Source: Desulfomonilia bacterium | GTDB lineage: Bacteria > Desulfobacterota > Desulfomonilia > UBA1062 | Assembly (NCBI GenBank): GCA_050014195.1 | Contig: JBEKDT010000013.1 | Coordinates: 85,025-149,024, forward strand | Length of the DNA stretch: 64,000 bases | Direction of reading: 5' to 3' | Shown here: one piece after another, positions 10,781-20,413 of the stretch | Layout of the letters: the number at the start of each line of letters is the position of its first letter | How positions within the stretch are numbered: position 1 is the stretch's first letter | Notes under the pieces: generated by a model | What the model was told of the DNA's origin: nothing | Databases searched by the model: none | The model's input: only the letters and a program-made list of their open reading frames with translations | Position numbers and translations under genes: made by a program

Positions 10781-11515
10781 TTGTTTTATGAAGCTAAGGA
10801 TGCAGAGATGCCAGGTTCCTATCTGAAAGATAAGAAAATGTTATTTCACGATGAGCTGGGATCGAAAAAAATTTGGGATGATTTTGCAAACAACTATGAG
10901 ACAGTTCGAAGGTTGCATCTAGTCTTTGGAACATTTATTAACCCATCTGATTTGAATGGGAGTCTTTTCCTTGATGCAGGAAGTGGAGGTGGTCACTTCT
11001 CCCAAAAAGCAGAAGAATATGGAGCTAAGGTCATTTCTTTTGATATTGGATTGAATCTTCTTAAACAGGTGAGAAATAGATGTTCAAGTAAAAAGGTTTC
11101 TGGCAGTGTACTGCAATTACCTTTTAAAGAGGACATCTTTGATGTGGTTCTTTCAACTGAGGTTATTGAACACACACCTTCCCCTGTCAGTGCTATTCGA
11201 GAAATGTGCTCTGTTGTAAAACCTGGTGGCCTCCTTATTATAACCGTACCATGTCGATTATGGAATTTTGTTGTAAGGGCAGCATCATATTTCAGATTGC
11301 GTCCTTATCGGGGGTATGAGAATTTTCTTTGGCCTAATGAAATAAAAAAAGTAATCGAAGAAGAGGGCTTCCATATTGAAACGTTAAGGGGTTTTAATTT
11401 CTGTCCAATTTTTACTAATAAACTTGATAGGCTGTTTATGTTTTTTGATAATCTCTATGGATTAAGATGGCCTCATTTAATGGTTAACATTGCTGTAAGA
11501 GCAAGAAAGAGATAG
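10781..11515 (+). CDS. Class I SAM-dependent methyltransferase
   Basis: FLDAGSGGG, FDVVLSTEVIEH, KPGG; start codon uncertain. Confidence 0.82.
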   Translation: MFYEAKDAEMPGSYLKDKKMLFHDELGSKKIWDDFANNYETVRRLHLVFGTFINPSDLNGSLFLDAGSGGGHFSQKAEEYGAKVISFDIGLNLLKQVRNRCSSKKVSGSVLQLPFKEDIFDVVLSTEVIEHTPSPVSAIREMCSVVKPGGLLIITVPCRLWNFVVRAASYFRLRPYRGYENFLWPNEIKKVIEEEGFHIETLRGFNFCPIFTNKLDRLFMFFDNLYGLRWPHLMVNIAVRARKR

Positions 11516-11573
11516 TTATAATATAAGCCAGCAGATTAATGAATATGTATTTTGTTCTGGAAGGAGTTTATAG

Positions 11574-12488
11574 TTGATATCAATTATAATACCGGCATTT
11601 AACGAATCTGAAAATATTGAAATAATAGCTAACAGGGTTTCCCATGAACTTAAGGCCTATGAGCCTTTCGAGATAATTTTTATTGATGATGGGAGCACTG
11701 ATGCAACATTAGAGAAAATTAAGGCACTCTCTGCATTGAATAACAATATTAAGTACATATCCTTTTCCAGAAATTTTGGTCACCAGAAGGCTTTAATGGC
11801 AGGGATTGAGCATGCCAGTGGAGATTGTGTCATTAGTATGGATGCAGATATGCAGCACCCTCCAGAGATCATCAAGAACATGCTCGATAAATGGAAAGAA
11901 GGATATGATATTGTCTATAGTGTTAGACGGGATACAACTGAGACTGGTCTTTTAAAAAAGATAACATCTGGTTGTTTTTATAAATTGGTAAATAAGATAT
12001 GTGAGATAGACATCCCCTTAGGTTCAGCTGACTTTAGACTTCTTGATAGAAAGGTTGTACTCGAACTAAGAAAATTTAAAGAGAATTGGTTATTTTTACG
12101 AGGTATTATTGCCTGGTTAGGATTCAAGCAGATAGGGATTGAATATGTCGTACAAAAAAGGCATGCAGGAAAGTCAAAATATTCCTTTAGAAAGATGCTA
12201 AGTCTCTCAATCCAGGGTATAACCTCTTTCAGTATTATGCCACTAAGAATTGCGGCATTTTTAGGTATTCTGTTTTCAATAGGTTCCTTCATATATATAA
12301 TGTATGCACTATATGCAAAGCTCATTTTAGGCATTGCCATTGTTGGATGGACCTCAGTCTTGATATCAGTGTTATTCTTAGGAGGAATTCAATTGATTTT
12401 TTTAGGCATATTAGGAGAATATCTAGGTAAAATGTTCATTGAAACTAAAAATAGACCAAATTATATAATAAATGAAAAAAAAGTATGA
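11574..12488 (+). CDS. GT2 polyprenyl-phosphate glycosyltransferase (GtrB-like)
   Basis: TTG start after AAGGAG; IIIPAFNE, DDGSTD, SRNFGHQ, MDADMQHPP, DFRLLDRKVV, two C-terminal TMs. Confidence 0.9.
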   Translation: MISIIIPAFNESENIEIIANRVSHELKAYEPFEIIFIDDGSTDATLEKIKALSALNNNIKYISFSRNFGHQKALMAGIEHASGDCVISMDADMQHPPEIIKNMLDKWKEGYDIVYSVRRDTTETGLLKKITSGCFYKLVNKICEIDIPLGSADFRLLDRKVVLELRKFKENWLFLRGIIAWLGFKQIGIEYVVQKRHAGKSKYSFRKMLSLSIQGITSFSIMPLRIAAFLGILFSIGSFIYIMYALYAKLILGIAIVGWTSVLISVLFLGGIQLIFLGILGEYLGKMFIETKNRPNYIINEKKV

Positions 12489-12659
12489 TAACAAAGCTGC
12501 TAAGAAGTCTATCAATCTTGTAGTTGTACATTACCGAATCTCACACACCCAGGCATATTGCGGCAATTGTGGTTCTAAATGGGTATTTGAATATAGAAGA
12601 AAGAATGAAATGAATTTTAGTAAGGAGTAGCCCAGACCTTGGTTCTTACAGTTACGATA

Positions 12660-12920
12660 GGCTCCTTATCATTCCATCCGCAGTCATGTTATTCAGTTCA
12701 AGCTTTCGCTTTCCTATCACAAGGGAAAAAATGAAGCGATTGAACAATTTAACGTTGTTTGGAGTATAAACCCAGGGAATATACAGGTCCAGAAAATTTA
12801 TCCCTGTTATTATTAATTCATTGGTTTTATCATTACAGGGACTACTGTTTTGATTCTGATTCTCATATACTTGGATCAGGGAAGACTGGTGATGAAGCGA
12901 GCATCCAGGGAATCTGATGA
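12660..12920 (+). pseudogene. Degraded TPR-coding remnant
   Basis: From 12721 reads KGKNEAIEQFNVVWSINPGN; nearby frames give AFLSQG and LIYLDQGRL, all TPR-like, broken by frameshifts and stops. Confidence 0.4.
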
Positions 12921-13023
12921 ATATGTCACTTAATCAACTCCACCGCGACCCTAAATAATGGTATTTGATGCTCACACGTGATAGTATAATCTTTTCAATC
13001 GCATCAAGGATGGATGTTACTAG

Positions 13024-15285
13024 GTGAAAAAAAGCAATAACAGCGAGAAGCATAGTAGACTTGAAAATATTTCCCAAATGAAGCTAACAAGGTTTTTGTT
13101 TGTCCATAGCGAGATCTTTGTTCTCCTTTTTCTGATTAGTACGATATTCACCCTCTATTGGCAAGTCCTTGGCTTCCCATTCACTTACATGGACGATCCA
13201 ACCTATGTGATCAAGAACACTCACGTACAAAAGGGGATATCCTTGGACAGTATTGCCTGGGCCTTCAGCTTCAAACATGGAGAAAATTTAAACTGGCACC
13301 CGCTTACCTGGATCAGCCACATGTTGGATTACCAACTTTTTGGATTGAACCCCGGAATGCACCACATAAGCAATGTATTCTATCATACCTTAAACACCAT
13401 ACTGTTATTTCTTTCATTAAGATGGATGACTAACTCGGTATGGAAGAGCGCATTCGTAGCTGCTCTCTTTGCCTTGCATCCTGTCAATGTAGATTCAGTT
13501 GTATGGATCGCAGAGCGGAAAAATCTTTTGAGCACCACATTCTGGATGCTCACGATTATCTCTTACTTTTATTATACCAGGAAGCCTAATACTATCTCGT
13601 ATCTTCTCATCATCTTTACATTTTGTCTTGGTATGCTTGCAAAAACAATGTTGATGACCCTGCCATTTGTTCTCTTGCTGCTGGACTACTGGCCGCTCGG
13701 TAGGCTGAAACCTCCTCGATCAGGCAAGGATAATCAACAATGGGCTTCTTTTTTCCATGATGCCGCCCGTCTTTTTATCGAGAAGATTCCTCTGATAATC
13801 TTAACACTTACATTTATATATGCAACCATGTTATCACTCAAGTACTCTGCGCAGATTAGTGCCAATCAAAATTTCCCTATGCATCTCAAGATCCAGAATG
13901 CAATAGTCTCCTACTTGATATACATGGGGAAAATGGTCTGGCCGAAGGACCTATGCATTTTCTATCCATTCCCAGAATTTATACCGTTGTGGAAGCCGAT
14001 AGTATCAATAGTGGCTCTTTTGTTCATAACGGCCATGGCTCTGCTAAAAAGTCGGAAATATCCCTATCTCATTGTTGGCTGGCTTTGGTTTCTTGGTGCG
14101 CTCGTGCCGGTACTCGGGATTATACAGGCAGGCCTCTGGCCTGCTATAGGTGAGCGTTGGGCATATGTCCCTTATATAGGTTTGTTCGTTATTATTGCGT
14201 GGGGGATCCCTGATCTTTTTTCACATATTCCTCAGAAAAAGATCATCTTCACTGGGGCTGTCATTGTGGTATTAACCTTGCTCACATTGCGGACATTGTT
14301 TCAAATAGGATATTGGAAGGATGATGTTACCCTTTTTTCTCATTGTATTAAAATCAATCCAGATAATAATGTTGCCCAAACTAATCTTGGAAATATCTAT
14401 GCTTTTCAAGGTAAATCCGAAGAGGCTTTTCATCATTTTCATGAAGCACTGAGAATACACCCCAATGATGTCTTTGCCTTGGATGGTCTAGCGCGCCTCT
14501 ACAATAAGATGGGACAATATGATAAATCGATTCAATTTTATAAAGAGGAAATAGGGTATCATCCGAAAGATGTTAACTTATATTTTAACTCGAATTTTGA
14601 TCTTGGAACTGTATATGCTGCCAAAGGAGATCTTGAAAAGGCTATCAAACAATTTTCTTATGTGATTAGTCTGAATCCAGATTATGCACTGGCATATTAC
14701 AACCTTGGAATTATCTCTGTACAGAGGCAAGATATGAGTAAAGCAACGGAATACTTCTCATTGGCACTTAAGCTAAATAATGAAGACAAAGACTCACATT
14801 GTTCTCTGGGTGCGGTCCTGATGAAACAGGGAAGGATCGATGATGCTATAAATCAATTTAATGAGGCCTTGAGGATTGACCCTCATTTTAAGGAGGCTAG
14901 AAATTACTTAGCATCGGCGGGACTTATCAAGAAAAAGGTGGATGAGAATATTGTAAAGCTTGAACAGGATAAAGTGAGAGAGCCCAACAATCCTGATGTA
15001 TTACAAAAATTGGCTGTACTCTATGCAAAGAAAGGTGAAAATTCAAAAGCCCTAGATAACTTAAAGAGATTGGTTGAGATCCAACCCGCAAATCCAAATG
15101 GATATTATAATATTGCATGCGTATATGCAAAAGAGGGTAATGTAAACCTTTCTATAGAATGGTTAAAAAAATCTCTTGATAAAGGATTTAAGGATTGGAA
15201 TCTGTTGAAGACAGATAAGGACCTTGATAACATTAGAACATCACATTTCTATAAAGATTTAATTCAAAAAATTTCAGACAAATGA
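13024..15285 (+). CDS. TMTC-like multi-pass membrane glycosyltransferase (GT-C) with TPR repeats, paralog of 1872..3887
   Basis: YMDD loop, NWHPLTWISH, HPVNVDSVVWIAERK, GERWAY, TPR array, same YYNIAC capping module. Confidence 0.8.
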   Translation: MKKSNNSEKHSRLENISQMKLTRFLFVHSEIFVLLFLISTIFTLYWQVLGFPFTYMDDPTYVIKNTHVQKGISLDSIAWAFSFKHGENLNWHPLTWISHMLDYQLFGLNPGMHHISNVFYHTLNTILLFLSLRWMTNSVWKSAFVAALFALHPVNVDSVVWIAERKNLLSTTFWMLTIISYFYYTRKPNTISYLLIIFTFCLGMLAKTMLMTLPFVLLLLDYWPLGRLKPPRSGKDNQQWASFFHDAARLFIEKIPLIILTLTFIYATMLSLKYSAQISANQNFPMHLKIQNAIVSYLIYMGKMVWPKDLCIFYPFPEFIPLWKPIVSIVALLFITAMALLKSRKYPYLIVGWLWFLGALVPVLGIIQAGLWPAIGERWAYVPYIGLFVIIAWGIPDLFSHIPQKKIIFTGAVIVVLTLLTLRTLFQIGYWKDDVTLFSHCIKINPDNNVAQTNLGNIYAFQGKSEEAFHHFHEALRIHPNDVFALDGLARLYNKMGQYDKSIQFYKEEIGYHPKDVNLYFNSNFDLGTVYAAKGDLEKAIKQFSYVISLNPDYALAYYNLGIISVQRQDMSKATEYFSLALKLNNEDKDSHCSLGAVLMKQGRIDDAINQFNEALRIDPHFKEARNYLASAGLIKKKVDENIVKLEQDKVREPNNPDVLQKLAVLYAKKGENSKALDNLKRLVEIQPANPNGYYNIACVYAKEGNVNLSIEWLKKSLDKGFKDWNLLKTDKDLDNIRTSHFYKDLIQKISDK

Positions 15286-15652
15286 TTATATATAGTGACT
15301 ATTGAACTTACTTAAATATGTGTATTTCTCAAGATGCCGGGATTCTTGTTCTTGCTTCTCGATATATGCTCTAACAGTATCCTTATCCTTACTAAAAGTG
15401 GGCACATATTACCCCTGTAATCTTACCAGGCTCACAGAATTCCATTGCAATAGTTTTTCTCAATCTGATAAGATAAAATTATTGTTATGAAATATAAAAA
15501 ATGACAAATTACTAGATACAGTATGACAAAGAGAATTATTATTTCAATGCATTATGTGTAATGTCCGGAATAATATCTAGTAATATATTATAATCGTTGT
15601 ATAAGATAATTTTTTATACTGCTTCGAAAAGTCATATATGTAAAGGAGTGAT

Positions 15653-16111
15653 ATGAAAATATTAAAAATTATAATAGCCGGACTATCCCTTATTCTAATA
15701 ATTTATGCCTGTAGCAGTGGGCATAACACAACAGGTGGTGTAGGTTGGTACCCTATACTCACAGATGTTCATATGTTTAATGTCAATGATTCTACTAATC
15801 CAGTTGAGGAATCTACATTTGGGGTTGGTGATCATGTAAGCTTTGATATTGATGCTGAAGATGATGATCTGAATATGAAAACCTTTTGGGTGACTGAAGT
15901 TTCATTAACCACTACTGAAACGACCACACTTGTTAGTGGCCCAATCGCTGTTGCATTACCTGGACAAAACGGCCAGCAGATCGTGTCGTGGACTAATATT
16001 GACCCGATAACAATATTAAAGCCAACTGGGAAATTTAGAATGGATTTTCAGATAGAGGATGCGACAGGCAATAAATCATATGTAGTATCAATAACTTATA
16101 CAGTAAAGTGA
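15653..16111 (+). CDS. Hypothetical lipoprotein, beta-rich (Ig-like), Thr-rich
   Basis: AAGGAG RBS; signal peptide ending IYAC; beta-strand pattern. Confidence 0.62.
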   Translation: MKILKIIIAGLSLILIIYACSSGHNTTGGVGWYPILTDVHMFNVNDSTNPVEESTFGVGDHVSFDIDAEDDDLNMKTFWVTEVSLTTTETTTLVSGPIAVALPGQNGQQIVSWTNIDPITILKPTGKFRMDFQIEDATGNKSYVVSITYTVK

Positions 16112-16196
16112 ACTAAGCCTATCTTTATATTTTTGAAGCATTTAAGATGTTAAAGAATTGATATAAAAGGAAAAGAGAGGAGTTTGAGTAAGAACC

Positions 16197-16577
16197 ATGA
16201 AAAATCTTTGCAACATTTTGTGGAAGAGATTTTCCATTACGATTGTGATCTTGTTATTAGGTCTGGTTATCATATTTTCAGGATGTGGTGGCGGAGAGTT
16301 TTCAGGTTATAACTTCACCATATCCGGTGCAGTGAGTGGCGCGATCACACAAGGTGTTACCATAGCATTAACTGATGAAAGTGAACAGCAAGAAGGCGTT
16401 GCGGTAACTGATTCTAATGGAAACTATACCTTTAGTAACCTTTCGAACGGGTCATATATTGTCACACCATCTTTTTCCGGTTACACATTCAATCCAACCT
16501 ATCAAGTAGTTAAAATCAGCAGTGCAACGGTTACTAACATTGACTTTACATCCGTAGAAAATACGCAGGGGGAGTAG
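16197..16577 (+). CDS. Lipoprotein with carboxypeptidase-regulatory-like (prealbumin-fold) domain
   Basis: FSGC lipobox; TISGAV...TDSNGNYTFSNLSNGSYIVTPS motif. Confidence 0.7.
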   Translation: MKNLCNILWKRFSITIVILLLGLVIIFSGCGGGEFSGYNFTISGAVSGAITQGVTIALTDESEQQEGVAVTDSNGNYTFSNLSNGSYIVTPSFSGYTFNPTYQVVKISSATVTNIDFTSVENTQGE

Positions 16578-16849
16578 TGACCGTAACTGTGAGAGGCAAT
16601 AGAGCCAACAGAGTGTGACCATAGCACTGAGCGGTGCACAAGACCTAAACTATGCTAATGTCATAATCTCTGTTATTTAATCACGGTAATGATGAGACAG
16701 AACACTAGATAAATTCGGCCCTGCAATAAAGTGGACTTGTAAACTTTTTCACATTGACACTATACTCCTTAATACCCATTTTTTGATAGAGTATATCAAG
16801 CGGTATATATCCTTGGTGAATTTAATCAATACTAAAGGGGGTATCTGCA

Positions 16850-17842
16850 ATGCAGAAGGCATTAGTAACCGGGGCTGCCGGGTTCATTGGTTCGCATGTA
16901 GTCAGGGAGTTGCTTTCGGAGAATGTGGAGGTGAGGTGCCTGATCCGACCCGGCGAATCCACGAGAAATCTGGATGAACTTGACGTGGAGTTACTTACAG
17001 GAGACATACTTGATATTGCGGCGGTAGAGAAGGCCCTTGACGGGATAGACACGGTTTTTCACCTGGCTGCCGTCTATTCAATTTGGATGCGTGACTGGAG
17101 CAGGATCTATGAGGTGAATATCCAGGGTGCCCGCAACGTTCTATGGGCAAGCCTGAAAAAGGAAATAGAGAAGATAGTTTTCACAAGCTCCATAGCCGCC
17201 ATCGGTATAGCACCCGGAAAGGCCTTAAGTACTGAAGATACACTATTTAACCAATACACGCTGGGGAATCATTACGTTCTCACCAAGTACCTCTCACAGC
17301 AGGAGGCCATTGGTTTTACAAAAAGAGGGCTTGATCTTGTGATTGTAAACCCGTGCTTCCCTTTTGGGCCAATGGATCTGGTCCCTACACCCACAGGGCA
17401 GATCATCGTGGATGTGCTCAAAGGCATAAACCGATTTTTCTTCAACGGCGGGATTAATATCGTTGATGTCCGTGATGTAGCAAAGGGGCATGTACTTGCT
17501 GCAAAGAAGGGAAGGGCAGGGAACCTGTATATCCTGGGTAACAGAAATATCCCTATGAAGGATTTCTTCAGGCTGGTCTGCCGTGAGGCCGGTTTTGATG
17601 GCCGTATGCTTCTCAAGTTGCCCATACCGGCGATGAAGGTAGGTACTGCTGTTCTTAAGATGTGGTCCGACTATGTGAGCCACAAGCCTCCCATGTCAAC
17701 GCCTGCTGAGATCGCTTACGCCTCACAGTACCTCTATTTCGACAACACAAAGGCGGTTACCGAACTCGGCCTAACCTTCAAACCTGTGGAGAATTCGTTA
17801 CAAGATTCCATCAATTGGTTCAGAGAAAACAGGTATGTCTAA
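16850..17842 (+). CDS. NAD-dependent epimerase/dehydratase (dihydroflavonol reductase/HpnA-like extended SDR)
   Basis: LVTGAAGFIG, VFHLAA, TSS, YVLTK (YxxxK), PTPTG, VDVRDVAKGH. Confidence 0.88.
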   Translation: MQKALVTGAAGFIGSHVVRELLSENVEVRCLIRPGESTRNLDELDVELLTGDILDIAAVEKALDGIDTVFHLAAVYSIWMRDWSRIYEVNIQGARNVLWASLKKEIEKIVFTSSIAAIGIAPGKALSTEDTLFNQYTLGNHYVLTKYLSQQEAIGFTKRGLDLVIVNPCFPFGPMDLVPTPTGQIIVDVLKGINRFFFNGGINIVDVRDVAKGHVLAAKKGRAGNLYILGNRNIPMKDFFRLVCREAGFDGRMLLKLPIPAMKVGTAVLKMWSDYVSHKPPMSTPAEIAYASQYLYFDNTKAVTELGLTFKPVENSLQDSINWFRENRYV

Positions 17843-19345
17843 ATGACTTGGGAGGAAAATGCACGAATGGACAGGAAAGATCTGAACAATAAACTCGACA
17901 AGATGTTCTATCCATCCTCGGTTGCAGTGGTAGGGGCGTCCGAAGTGCCGGTAAAGTGGGGAAACCTCATCCTCACGTCCATACTGGGATGGGAATACAA
18001 AGGGAAGGTATTTCCAGTGAACCCGAAGAAGGAACAAATCCTGGGTATAAAATGCTACCCGAGCCTGACTGCAATACCGGAAAATGTCGACCTTGCAGTG
18101 CTCGTCATTCCCGCACCTTACATACCTTCAACCATGAGAGAATGTGTAGCCAAAGGCATCTCGGCCGTTGTGATCATCTCTTCCGGGTTCAGGGAGATGG
18201 GAGAAGAAGGGGCGCAACTTGAAAAGGAGATTATTGAGATAGCCCGGCAAGGTGGGCTTGTATTCATAGGTCCGAACACTATGGGTATAGCATCGGCGCA
18301 TCACTTTTTCGAGGCCTTGCCGACATCCACAGCGGCGAAACCGGGAGGCCTTGCCGTCATATCTCAGAGCGGCAACTTGGGTCTTCAAATCATAAAATGG
18401 ATCGCGCAGAAAGGCATAGGGCTTTCCCTGTATGCCGGCACCGGAAACGAGGCTATGCTGCACGCGAGCGACCTCCTTGTGTATATGGGCGAACGCGACG
18501 AGGTTAAGGCCATTGCCATGTACATGGAAGGTATTACAGACGGCAGGGAGTTCATGGAGATCGCGCATGAAGTATCGAAAAAAAAACCGGTTGTTGCCCT
18601 GAAGGCCGGCAGATCGCAGGCAGGATCAAGGGCCGCCCAGTCTCACACCGGATCTATGGCGGGTTCATATGCAACGTATAAGGCTATGTTCACCCAGGCA
18701 GGAGTCATCCAGGTAAACACCCCTTTGGAGTTGCTGAATGTATCTGCCGCCATGACCGTTCTGCCCATACCGCGATCCAACCGGACCGCCATCATGACCA
18801 TGGGCGGTGGGTGGGGTATCATCGCCGCAGATGAATGTGAAGATAAAGGCCTTGTCCTGCCTCAGCTCACCCCTGCCATCATCAAGGATTTCGATGCACG
18901 ACTCCCGCAATACTGGAACAGGAGGAACCCCGTGGATGTGGTAGGTGAGGGGGACCCCGAACTGTATCTCCATGTGATACAGACACTTGCCGAATGGCAC
19001 GAGGTGGATGCCGTGGTCGCTTTGGGCATAGTCGGAAGGTCACGCTATGTGGAAGACTTTATTGCATGCCAGGAACGGTTTGACGGCAAGCTTTACACAA
19101 AGGAGCTCAAGCTTTCCGTGCTCAAGGCCCAGATCCAGGCAGAAGACCGCGTTATATCAGGTATCGGCAGGATACAAAAGGAGACGGGCAAGCCAATACT
19201 CGTGGTAGCGCTTACCGAGGAGGGATTGGCCCTGAAGCAGACCGGCTTTGGCCCTGTGGTCACTCTCTCCACACCCGAGGATGCAGTGGACATCATTGCT
19301 CACATGGCGCACTACGGCATGTTCCTCGAAGGGTCTATGGCGTGA
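17843..19345 (+). CDS. ADP-forming acyl-CoA synthetase alpha subunit (CoA-binding, no ATP-grasp part)
   Basis: VAVVGAS, IGPNTMG, ISQSGN, AAQSHTGSMAG (phospho-His), NPVD; start may be ATG 17867. Confidence 0.85.
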   Translation: MTWEENARMDRKDLNNKLDKMFYPSSVAVVGASEVPVKWGNLILTSILGWEYKGKVFPVNPKKEQILGIKCYPSLTAIPENVDLAVLVIPAPYIPSTMRECVAKGISAVVIISSGFREMGEEGAQLEKEIIEIARQGGLVFIGPNTMGIASAHHFFEALPTSTAAKPGGLAVISQSGNLGLQIIKWIAQKGIGLSLYAGTGNEAMLHASDLLVYMGERDEVKAIAMYMEGITDGREFMEIAHEVSKKKPVVALKAGRSQAGSRAAQSHTGSMAGSYATYKAMFTQAGVIQVNTPLELLNVSAAMTVLPIPRSNRTAIMTMGGGWGIIAADECEDKGLVLPQLTPAIIKDFDARLPQYWNRRNPVDVVGEGDPELYLHVIQTLAEWHEVDAVVALGIVGRSRYVEDFIACQERFDGKLYTKELKLSVLKAQIQAEDRVISGIGRIQKETGKPILVVALTEEGLALKQTGFGPVVTLSTPEDAVDIIAHMAHYGMFLEGSMA

Positions 19346-19352
19346 AGTAGCT

Positions 19353-19748
19353 TTATTCTTTTACTATGACCCCCACGATATAACCCGCCAACACCATCTT
19401 GATGAGGGTGCTGAGAAACCAGATATGGGCAATGAAGGCAGTAATGGGCATTGCTGCATAGCTGCCATAGCCCATGGCGAACCCTGCTCCGAGCCCGTAG
19501 AGGGCTCCGTATTCCACTGCAACAGATCTACTCTTTTCATGAATCAGAAATGCGTAGATTGCAGTGAAAATGCATGAGCTTACGGCTGTGACAAGATAGA
19601 TAAGCCATGGGCTCATCTCCTCCATAGGCCTCCAGAGCTGGGAAGTCTCGGAATAGGCACCTGTGAGGATGAATCCATGCACTATAAAGTCAATGATGGC
19701 CCAAATAATAAAGATAATGACGGTTGCAATGACGGATTTCCTAAGCAT
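19353..19748 (-). CDS. Small four-TM membrane protein of unknown function
   Basis: GGAGG RBS before ATG 19748; four hydrophobic helices. Confidence 0.65.
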   Translation of the reverse strand: MLRKSVIATVIIFIIWAIIDFIVHGFILTGAYSETSQLWRPMEEMSPWLIYLVTAVSSCIFTAIYAFLIHEKSRSVAVEYGALYGLGAGFAMGYGSYAAMPITAFIAHIWFLSTLIKMVLAGYIVGVIVKE

Positions 19749-19813
19749 AATCCCACCTCCTTTAGAAGACAATTCTATCTTATACAGTACTCGATTATAC
19801 CATTTGCTGACTA

Positions 19814-20413
19814 TTACGCTAAATTTTTCAGTTGATCCATTTGGAGTTTCATCCGGCTGATGCAATATTCAAGCTTGATGGAAAGAGCCTTTGCAAAGAT
19901 CTCATGGCCGCGCTCATTGGGCAGGCGGGCGTCATTCTGGATAAATTCAGAGTTGGCAAGTCCCCGATCAAAAAGATAGCCAGCCCAGTAGGTGTGTACA
20001 GCCACCATTTCACAATCAAGATCAATACTGACTTCTCTTATCGTGCGGTAGTATATGTTCACGGCATCCATTTCGTAAGGGTCGTCAAAGGTGTGGGATG
20101 TGGGTAATACAATTACCGGGTTGAACTGCTCCCTGGCAGATCTGGCCATCCTCACCAGGTTTTCCTTGAACTCAGAGCGGTAAACCGGGAAGAATGCATC
20201 GTCAACACCGAAGTGAATCAGGAGGATCTGCGGTGCAAACGGTGCAATGTCATCCTGGAAGGTCCATATGCCGTCAAAGGAATTATCTTGAGGTCTGGTG
20301 CGGTTGATGAGCTCCACCCCTTGAGAAGTACAGAATTCCTTCAGGATGTCTACATAACCCCTGGCTACACCGACACCTGCTGCGATGCTCCCCCCTCGAA
20401 CGAGCAGCTTCAT
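19814..20413 (-). CDS. SGNH/GDSL hydrolase-fold protein with atypical catalytic motifs
   Basis: GGSIAAG (block I), HFGVDD (block III), DARLPNERGH (block V). Confidence 0.72.
   Translation of the reverse strand: MKLLVRGGSIAAGVGVARGYVDILKEFCTSQGVELINRTRPQDNSFDGIWTFQDDIAPFAPQILLIHFGVDDAFFPVYRSEFKENLVRMARSAREQFNPVIVLPTSHTFDDPYEMDAVNIYYRTIREVSIDLDCEMVAVHTYWAGYLFDRGLANSEFIQNDARLPNERGHEIFAKALSIKLEYCISRMKLQMDQLKNLA

Noticed and set aside
16566-16650. yybP-ykoY (Mn) riboswitch-like ends, GGGGAGTAG...CAAGACCT
   Set aside because: The 5' motif is the end of a CDS, the conserved internal loop is absent, and the middle is better explained as a degenerate coding repeat
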